DNA of 64,000 nucleotides from Mytilus trossulus. Lineage: Eukaryota. Shown piece by piece: positions 13,240-25,125 of this stretch. The position numbers and the translations under genes are program-made. The notes under the pieces were generated by a model. The model made no database searches. It saw only the letters and a list, made by a program, of their open reading frames with translations, and was not told the origin of the DNA. The stretch lies in NCBI RefSeq assembly GCF_036588685.1, contig NC_086373.1:372001-436000 (forward strand), in the 5' to 3' direction. How positions within the stretch are numbered: position 1 is the stretch's first letter; every line of letters starts with the position of its first letter.

Positions 13240-13830
13240 TAGCCCTACAATTAAAAGAGATGATGTATAGTGAGATCTAGTACACTATCAAAGCCAGTGC
13301 CACAATAGACCAGTACACATTTTGAAATCGAGAGGCTCAACAAAGAAAACCAATCGCTGCGTGATGACATTGGTTAGAACAATACAGTCGACGGGACCTG
13401 ATTCGTATCAATGGCATTCCTGACGGTGGGATAGACGAAGCTTCCCTTCAAACAATCGAGTTAGTGAAAGAACTTATCAAAATCATCGACGAAGATCTAA
13501 CACACGAAGACATCATTCGATCTCATAGAATTGTTAAACCACGCACAAGGGAAGGCAATGAAGACGGCCGAGTTAACAACAAGTTTCAGCCTCCTAGACA
13601 AATAATTGTCAAGATTAAGGATCATAATGTTAAAAAAAGTATCCTTAGATGCAGAAAATTCCTAAAAGGGAAAATTGAATACAAGTATATTAGAGTGAAT
13701 GATGACCTGACCAAGCCGAGGAATGCCATTGCATACAAAAACAGCTCAGTATTGAACGTCATTTAAGAGACACGTGGACAGTTGATGGGAAAATTTATGT
13801 AAAGGACAATCAAATGCAAGTCCATGTTGT
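13240..13830 (+). mobile_element. Degenerate LINE ORF1 (CR1/L2-type RRM-containing ORF1p)
   Basis: LEQYSRRDLIRINGIP (~13373), IIRSHRI, PRQIIVK, IRVNDDLT and TWTVDGKIYVK, with stops and frameshifts. Confidence 0.7.
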
Positions 13831-14909
13831 CAACACAATGCCAGCTTTCCTACGTTTTGCGTCGAATATACTGCTGTCCTGGTTCCATGGACTTCCCTTA
13901 TAGGCTAGACTACAACAACAAACAAAACAGACGCGAGTACACACCACCACAACTCATAGCATATGCGGAAGCACGAGCGAAGGAATTAGCAAAGAGAGAG
14001 CATCTTCAAATACATCAGATGATAACACGAGTGTTAAAATGTCATGATTTAACTTTGCATAAAACTGCATAATTGACAACATTTTTAGGTACATATTTCT
14101 ACATGTATTTAGACTACTTGACAGTCTTGTTTCGGAATTTCGCAAAAACAGCTGTACACTGACTTAATATAGTGATGTCAAATAGTCTGTAATTGACTTT
14201 TTGCCTTTTTTTAATTTCTTTTGTTTATGTATTTGTTTATTTTACTATAATTACATGCTACACAATTCTTGTACATAATACATCTAATTGTAATTCATCT
14301 TATTACACGTAAATACTTACCTTGATCGCTGATTTGTCACGTGACAAATTTTAACGTGCACAAACCCTTATAGTAAAATCAATTACTCGTGCGTGAACAA
14401 GGTAAAACTACAACGGTTGTTTTACATGATGTTAAATTCCATGGTAGGGAAATTATTATGACCAACTTCAAGCTCCTAAATCAACTTTGAAAAAAAGATA
14501 TTACTTTCAATTTGTACATTTTATCGTATACAAGCAAATTTTAAACAACACGTACACCAAAATGTAAACATGGTACAGTGTAGTGCACTTCTAAAACGTG
14601 TATGCTTACTATATATTGTAAATTGTATGGACAGATCTTGTTAATTCAGCGATCAAAAAATCAAATCAAAACTAAATCGAGATCATTTGACACGGCTGGT
14701 ATTAACAGTTGTACTGAATTACTACGTGTAGATAAAGTTGTATCATTTACCAACCATTTATACATGTGTATACTCATTCCTCCAAACTACTTGTTAAATC
14801 CATGTATACATATGCATACTTTTTCTTTTGCTTCATGCATACAACATGTTGTTATTCAATATTTGTTTTCACAATTTTTTTATATTTTTTACTTACACTT
14901 TTTTTCTCA

Positions 14910-15790
14910 AAACAGATGAAATGCTATGGTTTATGCTGTGCCTTAAGCCTTCAGAGATAAAACATGTAGACTCAAATGTACAAAAAAAACCAAGTGTAAA
15001 TGTTAATCTTAGACTATTTATTATTCTATTTTTACTATTTGTTATTCAAATGCTTATCCTAGGAGGAATAGAGGTAAATCAAGGTCCAAGTGACGATATC
15101 GAATCTTCTCAGTAAGTAAAGCGTTTGATCGAGTCTGGCATAAGGGACTGCTATTTAAACTTCATCAATAGAGTATACCGGGTTCTTTACTAAGGTGGTT
15201 TGACAAATATCTTACAAATAGAGTCCAGCGGGTGGTTATTAACGGTATATGTTCCGAATAGTTACCTGTAAATGCAGGCGTCCCACAAGGGTCCATTCTA
15301 GGCCCTCTCCTTTTTTTGATATTTTAAACGGTATTGTAGAAGACATTCAAGCTCAAATTAAGCTATTCGCAGATGATACTTCATTATATATAATGGTTGA
15401 CGATCCAACAGAAACAGCTACAATTTTAAATGACGACCTAGAAAAGATTTATAATTGGTAAAAAAACAGGCTTGTGAATTTTGATGCCCAAAAAACTAAA
15501 AGTATGTTAACTAAAAAAAAAATATGAATAGACCCTTTCATCCTCCAATATATACCTTAGATATGAATACCAATGAGTCAAAAACAGTACGTAAACACAA
15601 ACATCTAAGTGTCTTTTTTGCTAACAAGGGATCCTTGAACAACCATATTTAATATATAGTTTCAAAATCTTACAAAAGAATAAATATAATGAGAAAAATG
15701 AAAAAATGTTCTTGATACATTTTCACTTAAAAAAGTTTACATATCATGTGTTCGCCCAATTCCTTAATATGCCGATGTCGTTTGGGACAT
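14910..15790 (+). mobile_element. Degenerate CR1/L2-group LINE ORF2: 2A-like N-terminus joined to a reverse transcriptase fragment
   Basis: LILGGIEVNQGP (~15053-15088), then AFDRVWHKGLLFKL, QRVVING, GVPQGSILGP, KLFADDTSLY and YADVVWD; multiple stops and frameshifts. Confidence 0.85.
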
Positions 15791-15826
15791 TGAAACAATA
15801 ATAAAATAAAACGAAATCGAACCTTA

Positions 15827-16100
15827 AATAGTTATCAAAGGTACCAGGTTAATAATTTAGTACGCCAGACGCGCGTTTCGTCTACATTAGACAAATCGGT
15901 GACGCTCAGATCAAAATAGTTATAAAGCAAATCAAGTACAAAGATAAGGAGCATGCATAACCCAACATGATAAGAAATTGTGCCAAATACGGTTAAGGTA
16001 ATCTATTCCTTGGATAAGAAAATCCTTAGTTTTTTTCGAAAAATTAAAAGTTTTGTAACAGGAAGTTTTAAAAAAAATACCATTTAATTGATATTCATGT
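15827..16100 (-). mobile_element. Retrozyme-family copy with mutated hammerhead core (~15861-15907)
   Basis: Reverse complement gagcgtcaCCGATTTgtctaatgtagacGAAAcgcgcgTCtggcgta. Confidence 0.7.
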
Positions 16101-17590
16101 ATACAACGTAGTGTATTTAAGAAAACATCAAAATATGCAGAAACCTTTGTATACAATTGAAAATGGAAATAGGATATGTGTCAAAGAGACAACAACCCGA
16201 TCATAGAGTAGATAACAACCGAAGGCCACCAATGGGTCTTCAATGCAGCGAAAAACTGCCGCACCCGGAGTCATCCCACAGCTGGTCCCTAAACAAATAT
16301 GTATCATATATGTTATGATGGTATGATACTAAACCCCTAACGGGAAGGATTGTGCCTGATATTCATATGATGAAATCATAATCTTTCAATTAGTTTAATT
16401 GAAGTCTGGAGCTGGCATGTCAGTTAACTGCTAGTAGTCTGTTGTTATTTATGTATTATTGTCATTTTGTTTATTTTCTTTGGTTACATCTTCTGACATC
16501 AGACTCGGACTTCTCTTGAATTGAATTTTAAATGTGCGTATTGTTATGCATTTACTTTTCTACATTGGTTAGAGGTATAGGGAAGGGTTGAGATCTCATA
16601 AACATGTTTAACCTCGCCACATTTTTGCGCCTGTCCCAAGTCAGGAGCCTCTGGCCTTTGTTAGTCTTGTATTTTTTATTTTTTATTTTAGTTTCTTGTG
16701 TACAATTTGGAAATTAGTATGGCGTTCATTATCACTGAACTAGTATATATTTGTCTAGGGCCCAGCTGAAGGACGCTTCCGGGTGCGGGAATTTCTCGCT
16801 ACATTGAAGACCTGTTGGTGACCTTCTGCTGTTGTTTTTTTGTTTCTATGGTCAGGTTGTTGTCTCTTTGACACATTCTCCATTTCAATTCTTAATTTTA
16901 TACTTAGCTAGTGATAATGAAAGTCATACAAACTGAACTCCGAGTACTACACAAGAAACTAGAATTAAAAATCAAACAAGACTAACAAATGTCAGAGCCT
17001 CCTGACTTGCGACAAGCGCAAAAATGCGGCGGCGTTAAACATGTTTTTTGAGATCTCAACTCTGTCCCTTTACCTCTAACCAATGTAGAACAACAATTGC
17101 ACAAATAAACGTACAGTAAAGTTTTTGGTGGAGTTCGTGTTGTTTTTTCTTTAGTTTTCTATGTTGTGTCATGTGTACTTTTGTTTGTCTGTTTGTCTTT
17201 TTTATTTTTAGCTGTGGCGTTGTCAGTTTATTTTCTATTTATGAGTTTGACTGTCCCTTCGGTATCTTTCGTTACTCTTTTAATGATGAGTGTGACAAAG
17301 TTTAGTTAAATTTGGCTGAGTAGTTTCAGGAGAAGACATTTTTAAATGATTAAAAAAAATAAATGTCAAAAAGTTGTCAAACATTGAATATGAAGGGCAA
17401 TAACTCCTAGCGGGTTAATCGACCATTTTAGTCATGGTGACTTATTTGTAGATCTTACTTCGCTGAACAAATTTCCTGTTAACAGTTTATCTCTATCTAT
17501 TATTATATTCAAGATAATAACCAAAAATGCAAAATTTCCTTAACCAAATTACGAATTTAGGGGCAGCAACCCAACATTTCATGTCGACAT

Positions 17591-17975
17591 GAAAAATTGG
17601 TACCGTTAATGTTACTACTACTACTGAGTCGATGCATCTACTGGCGGACTGTTAGTCCCCGAGGATATCACCAGTCTAGTAGCCAGTACTTCGGTACTGG
17701 CAAGCAAATACGGACTTGTTTTGTGTTATTAAAATTTGCTGTTACAAAAAGTTCGAAATTATTTTAAATTTAGGAATGTATCTCCTTCATGCAAAGCTCT
17801 GATTCCTTTCACGGATTTAGCTGTACGTTTTTGGACCTTTTGTATTATAGCTCTTCATTTGTTATATAATCTTGGAATTTCAAATATTTAGGCCACGACC
17901 ATCACTGAAGAGACATGTTTTGTCGAAATGCGCATCTGGTGCAGGAAAATTGGTACCGTTAATGTTATTATCATT
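17591..17975 (+). mobile_element. Family-B retrozyme-like element, one ~353-nt unit with terminal redundancy
   Basis: aaattggtaccgttaatgtta is repeated 353 nt apart (ggtacc at 17599 and 17952). Contains an intact hammerhead motif. Confidence 0.75.
17900..17941 (+). ncRNA. Minimal type I hammerhead ribozyme (family B), predicted cleavage after AUC at 17936
   Basis: CATCA-CTGAAGA-GAC ATGTTTT GTC-GAAA-TGCGCA-TC-TGGTG: CUGANGA and GAAA core present, helices I, II and III pairable. Confidence 0.8.
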
Positions 17976-18380
17976 TATATTGTCAAGATTACCATTAACT
18001 TTTACCAAAACTATGAATATTCGAAATACTATGATTGTTACAACAGGAATAGATTATAATAGGTGAATTTGGCAAAACATTAAAATTCTGTTAATGTCTT
18101 CAGTCTTTTCCTTTTTTCCTTTTTTTTTTTATGTTTTTCGAGCATCACCGCGAGTCTTAAGTAGAGGAAAATCACATCGTGCGTACAAAAATTAAGCCTT
18201 ATATCTTTTATGAGTTTTTATTTTATTAATAAACATATAAATCAAACATACATATAACGTACGCAAACATAACGAATTTATTGATTTTTGTAATTTAAAA
18301 CCAGAACATAAATAAAACAAACTATCACACATTTCTTTACATTCGTGTTTTCAAAGCGTTATTTGTCTTAATACACAGAA

Positions 18381-18667
18381 TCAAACACATTTATATTTAA
18401 CTTCTAAATATTTGTAGGTTCCACTGCAGGGATCACCAAACTGTCTATGGTCAGCTTTTACTCGACATATTCTTTTACCATTGCACATTGCTTTTACTTT
18501 ATAGTCAGAAGTCGATGACCTGCAATCCGTTGTATGTATAGCAGGATGAGGGCATATGCTTCTATCAGTGGTCCGTCCATATATTGCACTGGAGACTTTA
18601 ATCTTAGAAGGATATGGACATTTTATGTATGCTAGTTTATCTTCACAAACAATGACATCGGCAGAGA
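18381..18667 (-). CDS. Secreted SUEL-type (D-galactoside/L-rhamnose-binding) lectin, coding exon 2
   Basis: VCED...IKC...KIKVSSAIYGRT...ICP...DC...CNGKRICRVKA...FGDPCSGTYKYLEVKYKC* has the 8-Cys SUEL pattern with YGR, DPC and KYL motifs. Acceptor ttacag at 18668; phase 1 joins exon 1. Confidence 0.92.
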
Positions 18668-18789
18668 CTGTAATATAAAAAAATACATTCATCATATTGC
18701 AATGGCATAATGATTATTAGTGGTATATCTTCGATGCCGTCGTTTACATAAGAAGAAATAAAATCAATCAATATCTAAGAAAAGTTATC

Positions 18790-19195
18790 AAATTAATAAA
18801 AAGACACAGAATGAGGTGTTCCGCGGGGGCAAGCATTTCCTACACCGTATACGGCACCAGTCGTGTTATTTCTTTGTTCAATTCGGTAATGACAGAAGGT
18901 TATTATGACTGAAGGAGAATATCAGATATGATTTTGGACACACTTTTTTCGTTATGGCCAATCATCTCATGATGGCGACCGTAAACGTTCTTGAGGGATA
19001 ATCTTAATTTGATTGATTCGTAGCTCTATCTTAGCAACTTTTGTGAAAGTGTTATTCCTCGTTCAACAAAATCAACGTACGTTAAGCTCGCTCTACAGTG
19101 ACGTATCAGTTGAAACACATATACTACATATACTGGTGCCGCTGGGATGTTGCTACACAGAAATGGAAAGTTGACTATAGGAAAATTTAAATTGA
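18790..19195 (-). mobile_element. Penelope-like element RT C-terminal fragment in the lectin intron
   Basis: NFPIVNFPFLCSNIPAAPVYVVYVFQLIRHCRAS, matching the PLE motif also seen at ~34590 and ~63290. Confidence 0.7.
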
Positions 19196-19290
19196 AAGTC
19201 TTACTTTTAAATTTCATGATTTTGAAGCCCTTTTGTGGATTTCCCTTCATCATGATAAAAACTATATATTCAAATAGTTTGTAAACTTAC

Positions 19291-19345
19291 CATATGCAAT
19301 AATCACTCCTAAGATCAAAAGTCCTTGAAGAGTTATAATGGCCAT
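19291..19345 (-). CDS. SUEL lectin coding exon 1 (signal peptide)
   Basis: ATG at 19345 gives hydrophobic MAIITLQGLLILGVIIAY plus G|gtaagt donor. Spliced product is MAIITLQGLLILGVIIAYVSA-DVIVCED..., about 113 aa. Confidence 0.88.
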
Positions 19346-20388
19346 CGTTATTAACTATCTACAATACAAATCATATATTTTTGAATATACCAAATAAGTT
19401 TCTATTACTTAAATTATCACTTGGGGCTTCTTTTTTTTTTAATTGTATATTGCATTGGTAGAATACGTATGTATCATTATATATAAGTGTGAAACCCTAT
19501 CCTGCAGAACTGTCTGTTTACCAAAGTCTTATACCGGATAAGAACCAAGTAATTTTTTGCATAAAATACAAAATTTTCAAATTATTTAATTAAAACATAC
19601 ACGTTATATACGTTATCAAGCAACTAACAACTTGAGATTGGTGGCATGTCTCTTCACAATTTGCCAAGTTTTAATCTCTCATGAAAGTGATATGTTAACA
19701 TTTTGAACTCAAGCTAGGCAAGTTACAATTTTTACATTAAATGTGAATTTTATACATAATTGGAAACTTCTAACTACCAATGTAATTCCTTTTGAAGCCA
19801 ACGTATGATTTGTATCTGTACGAATTTCACACCTATTAATGCTATTGTAAAAATCATGAGATTAAACATTCAAACCGAACTTTTATTTTCTCATGTTAGT
19901 CTTATTGGTTTTATTGACGTTTTAATATTCAAAATTTCTTAACGCATATTTACTATAGTTCATTTTTTATGTCTAAAAATCTTTAAAAACATATTTCAAA
20001 TTAAAAGTCATTTTATCATCATGTTCAGAATTCGACATGCGTTTTAACAATTTAAAAAAAATGATGATAAAAAAGACAAGTTACCTTGGTTAACTCCAGT
20101 AAATGTATACAATACAAGAATGATACATACTATATATATATAGTGACCTGTCAGAAAAACGATATGACGATTTTGTTTTTTAATGATTGTTTTTTTGTTT
20201 TTTTCCAGGAGGTGTGACCTACAAAGTACCTTGTTTTTATTCAAATGTATTGACAGATGAAACAAGGCGAGGTTACTAGACAAATTGTTTCTAGGAATTG
20301 TAATAGGTTTGTGCTGTAAACAAAATGATTTAAGGAGTCGTTTAGATTTAAAACAGTATCGTTCCACTCTTTTTCATAAACACAGTTA

Positions 20389-20710
20389 TGTCCCCGAGGG
20401 TATCACCAGCCCAGTAGTCAGCACTTCGGTGTTGACATGAATATCAAAAATGTGGTCATTTTTATAAGTTTCCTGTTTACAAAACTTTGAATTTTACGAA
20501 AAACTAAGGATTTTCTTATCCCAGACATAGATTAACTTAGCCGTATTTGGCAGAACTTTTTGGACTTTTGGATCCTAAATGCTCTTCAACTTTGTACGTG
20601 TTTGCCTTTATAAATATTTTGATATGAGCGTCACTGATGAGTCTTATGTAGACGAAACGCGCGTCTGGCGTACTAAATTATTATCCTGGTACCTTTGATA
20701 ACTATTTACA
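20389..20710 (+). mobile_element. Family-A retrozyme-like element (5'-truncated monomer)
   Basis: Colinear with ~58890-59195; carries an intact hammerhead. Confidence 0.8.
20628..20671 (+). ncRNA. Minimal type I hammerhead ribozyme (family A), predicted cleavage after GUC at 20665
   Basis: GCGTCA-CTGATGA-GTC TTATGTA GAC-GAAA-CGCGCG-TC-TGGCGT. Confidence 0.85.
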
Positions 20711-21226
20711 GTTATCTGTCTTTTGATAATGTAGTCGATGAATATTCATCTATGAGGACTTGGTACTTACCGATAACCTTTAAAAGAAAAGAGTTAAAGG
20801 TAAAAAATCTTACAATTTTGCGTACATCACTGGAAAGTTGAATCAATCCTTAAGGTTGACTTGGGGATTCTGGTGAATTGAAATAGTGTCACTGTTGGTC
20901 TCCTTATACGAAACCATGTCAGTTCAGAATGCGGCCTTGAGGTCCTATGTATTGTTGGGAGAAATGATGTGGACACACTTTCTTTACTAATTATAACCAG
21001 ATGTCGACCACAAAATGATAAGCTAGAAATTTTTATTTCTCTGTTTCTTCAATCTAAAGCTTCATTGTATTTCTGAACAATAAACAAGAAAAAAAATATA
21101 TCAATAATAATAGTATGCATGTTTAGTTTATTGCGAAATTATGGACATCTTTCCCTGAATGTATATGATATAATTGTGTTCCTCTTGTTATCCTAAATTA
21201 AAACAAAATATATATTAGTGTGTTCA

Positions 21227-21269
21227 TGTTATATTAACCTTTACTATAATAGTAAAGGTTAATATAACA
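21227..21269. repeat. Perfect palindrome, 21-bp arms with 1-nt spacer
   Basis: tgttatattaacctttactat-a-atagtaaaggttaatataaca. Confidence 0.9.
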
Positions 21270-21747
21270 CGTACACAAGTCTATAATTAATCTTAAGTGA
21301 CCGTTTATTCAGTATATTTACCAATGAATTAAATCAATTCTTCACAACTTTAATTTAAAGTCACTGTTAAATATTTGTAAAATATGGATTGTCCGTTTAA
21401 CCAAAAATACAGTAAAATTTATTTCCTAACAATTTCTTTTTAAGTGTACTTTGTTTCGTTTTTTAAAACAATCTTTGCAGAATTATGTCTCAACATTCTA
21501 ATTTGTAGCGAAAGGTACGATTGATATGGAGGAGACAATTGTACATATCATTATAACATTTAACTTATAATATTCTCTTGGTATTTTTCTAATGAAACAA
21601 CACTCATTCAACATACCAAGTTTATAATGTTGTAAACCAGGGGCACTTTTCATCTACACTAACTCGTCAATAAAGCTAACATTTAAAAGTACGAAGTTCA
21701 ACATTTTTAAGGACTACATTTTTTGCCAATTCAGGTAATGAGTATGG

Positions 21748-21916
21748 GTTTTTTATGCCCCATTTATGGGCATTATGTTTTTTGTTCGTTCGTTCGTCCG
21801 TTCGTCCAATAGTTTTAATGCCAAATTAGAGATTTTGCCCCATTTTCACGGTCATCTAAACATAGAAAATGATAGTGCGGATGGGCCATCCGTGTATTGG
21901 GGACACATTCTTGTTT
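21748..21916. mobile_element. Short HINE/Helentron-like element (related copy ~59975-60200)
   Basis: T-run, hairpin atgccccatttatgggcat, (cgtt/cgtc)n microsatellite, terminus ggacacattcttgttt. Confidence 0.55.
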
Positions 21917-22277
21917 ATTATTGTTTATTATGTTAATTAGCTTATAAAACACAATTTACGTAATCAATCAATGACAACATTTACATTGTATACGTCATAA
22001 CATTGTATTTCGATAGACATAATTAAACGTCATTCTTGTTTTCTGTGAATCAGCGTATTTGTTATTTTTTTCATAAAATTGCATATAATTTCTTAGACTT
22101 TATAATTACTTTTGATATTTTAAGTTTGGTTGACAGGTGAAATTTTTCGGCTCTACCAAAAAACTTCAACATGCAAACAGAGGTGCTGTTATCTCCAATG
22201 TAATAAAATGCTTCCTCCAACTTTTTTTCAAACAGATTCATTGCATGTGAATACAAACAGATGTTTCAAATTTAACA

Positions 22278-22996
22278 GGTAGCACTATACAAAGATATTT
22301 TTTACTCCCAATCACTAACCTTTGAAATGCTGTAACTTTGAATTTATAGAAATTAATAAAAAAAGGTATATATAGATAGATAAAAGATTCATCTTTTAAA
22401 TGAATGCAATATTTTTATTATGCAATCATTATGTCATCAATTATTATGTAATTAACGGCAAAATCAAGGTAAGTTCACTTGCATGAATTTAGCTCTATCA
22501 TCTTTTTAACTATACAGAAAATTTTAACGAAATCGTATTCAACATATCATGGGCTACAAAAGGGTGCCTCAGATTGTCTCTATGGTATTCCAACCTCTCA
22601 TGGATCTCTAATTAGTGTAAACATCCTAACCACATAAAAGAAGATAATGTTTAATTAGGTGTAAAATTTGTTCTATACATTCTATCTGAAATCTGAGACA
22701 CCCTTTTGTAGATAATGGCCATAGGAAGACATATAATAAAATCAATCCTCTAGGGATACCTATGCAGAAGCTAATTTCATTTGAAAGTGGAAATTTGGTG
22801 AAAAATATTTTAGAGACAGTTAACATTATAATTGGTTACATAATTGTTGCATAATACTAACATCACATTATTTTGTAAGAATAATTAGTTAGCTATCCAA
22901 AACTACCACTTTTATAAATTTTCAAGCATTATTAAGAAAGTTACAGCATTTTAAAACTTGGGAGTTGGAGTAATATAATCTTTGTATTGTGCTACC
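22278..22996. mobile_element. MITE with ~30-bp terminal inverted repeats
   Basis: ggtagcactatacaaagatattttttactcc ... ggagtaatataatctttgtattgtgctacc. Confidence 0.7.
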
Positions 22997-23067
22997 ATAA
23001 AACTCTGACTGAAGATTTCGAATGATAAGTCTTACTGTTACGTTATGATATTTTGCTGTAAATGATA

Positions 23068-24007
23068 AAACAAGAGTGCACACGCTGAAATGTCTCGCCT
23101 TCTTTACAAATCATTGATATTATGTTGATATACCTAAATATAAAGCTTTATTACAACTGTCACATAAACTCAACATTAACCAAGAAAACGAGATATTGAT
23201 CAATGAACCATGAAAATGAGGTCAAGGTCAGATGAACCATGCAAGGTAGACATGAACGGCTAACAATTCTTCAATACAACAAATATAGTTGACTTATTGC
23301 TTATAAATTAAGAACAATAAACCAAAACACAAACACTTAACACTTAGCAATGGACCGTGAACATGAGGTCAAGGTCAAATAAAACCTGCGTAATAGACAT
23401 ATAGATCATAAAATATGTCCATACACCAAATATAGTTGACCTAATGCATAAAGTATTAGAAAAATACAAAAACTGACCTATAACCCCTGAATCACGAAAA
23501 AAAGGTCAAGATCAGATGACACCTGCCAGTTGGACATGTACACCTTACAGTGCTTCTATACACCGAATATACTAGACCTATTGCTCATAGTATTTGAGAT
23601 ATGGAGTTGACCACCAAAACTTAACCTTGTTCACTGATCCATGAAATGAGATCGAGGTTGAGTGAAAACTGTCTGACCAGCATGAAGACCTTGCAAGGTA
23701 CGCACATACCAAATATAGTTATCCAATTACTTATAATAAGAGAGAATTTGACATTACAAAAAATCTTAACTTCTTTTCAAGTAGTCACTGAACCACGAAA
23801 ATGAGGTCAAGGACATTGGACATGTGACTGACGGAAAGTTCATAACATGAGGCATCTATATACATGAAGCATCCAGGTTTTCTACCTTTTAAAATATAAA
23901 GTTTTTAAGAAGTTAGCTAACGCCGTCACCGTAGCCGCCGCCGCCGCTGCCGGATCACTATCCCTATGTCGAGCTTTCTGCAACAAAAGATGGAGGCTCG
24001 ACAAAAA
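23068..24007. mobile_element. Bivalve HINE/Helentron-like element with internal ~150-bp tandem repeats
   Basis: Starts aaacaagag; repeated (a)tgaggtcaagg(t)ca...ccaaatatagttga blocks; (gcc)n tract; terminal hairpin gtcgagc...gctcgac followed by an A-run. Confidence 0.65.
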
Positions 24008-24768
24008 ATCATTTTTTTATTGATTTTTTTTAATATTAAACATATTTTATTAACAATCATCTGTAACATCAACCCTCAGTTCATGATGATTAATACAGCA
24101 ATGATCATACTTTTCTATACTTTGATATTTAATTTCATACGAAAATAAAGACAATATGTGGTTCCCTATTAGTTGCATATTTTCAAACGCTGATATGTCT
24201 TTGGTCTCTTCTAACGAAATCTAATATACCGAATTATTCTACATATATATATATAAAAAGTGGTATGATCATGATGATTGACAATTTTCCACAAGATACC
24301 ATGATACACAGAAAATATCAGCTATAGGTCACTATACGACCTTCTACAATGAGGAAATAAAATTGGAAAATGAAATTGGGAATGTGTCAAAGAGACAACA
24401 ACCCGACCCGACCGTAGAGCAGACAACAGCCGAAGGCCACCAATAGGTCTTCCATGTAGCGAGAACTCCCGCACCCGGAGGCGTCTTTCCCCTTAAAAAA
24501 TATATATACTAGTTCAGTGATATTGGACGTCAGTCTAAACTCCGAAATATACACAGGAAACTAAAATTAAAAATCAAACAAGACTAACAAAGGCCAGAGG
24601 CTCCTGATCTGGTGCAAAATTGCTGCGGAGTTAACATGTTTCTGAGATGTCAACCCTCCCCCTATACCTCTAGCCAATGTAGAAATTAACGCATAACAAA
24701 AAGCACATTAAAATTGTTAACGAAAAACAAATATGTAACACAATAACAAACGACAACCACTGAATTAC

Positions 24769-25125
24769 TATTTACACCACTGGATCGATGCCACTGCTCG
24801 TGGACGTTTCGTCTCCGGGTCTAGTAGTCCACACTTCAGTGTTGACATGAATATCAATAATGTGGTCATTTTTATAAATTTCCTATAAATTTCCGGTATA
24901 CAAACTTTGAATTTTTCGAAAAACTAAAGATTGAATTATCCCAGACATAGATTACCTTAGACGTATTTGGCACAACTTTTTGATATTTTGGATCCTCAAT
25001 GCTCTTCAACTTTGTACTTGGCTTTATAAATATTTTTTGGATATAAGCGTCAATGATGAGTCTTATGTAGACGAAACGCGCGGCTGGCGTACTTATTTAT
25101 AGTCCTGGTACCTTTGATAACTATA
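24769..25125 (+). mobile_element. Family-A retrozyme monomer with inactivated hammerhead, inserted in another repeat
   Basis: Full ~355-nt unit with core ATGATGA and GGC at the cleavage triplet. It splits the host motif ccactgaattac|...|agcctcctgacttagg. Confidence 0.75.

Noticed and set aside
18668-18695. ORF-track start MMNVFFYIT for the lectin
   Set aside because: Intronic polypyrimidine/acceptor sequence; the true N-terminus is the signal-peptide exon at 19345-19291.
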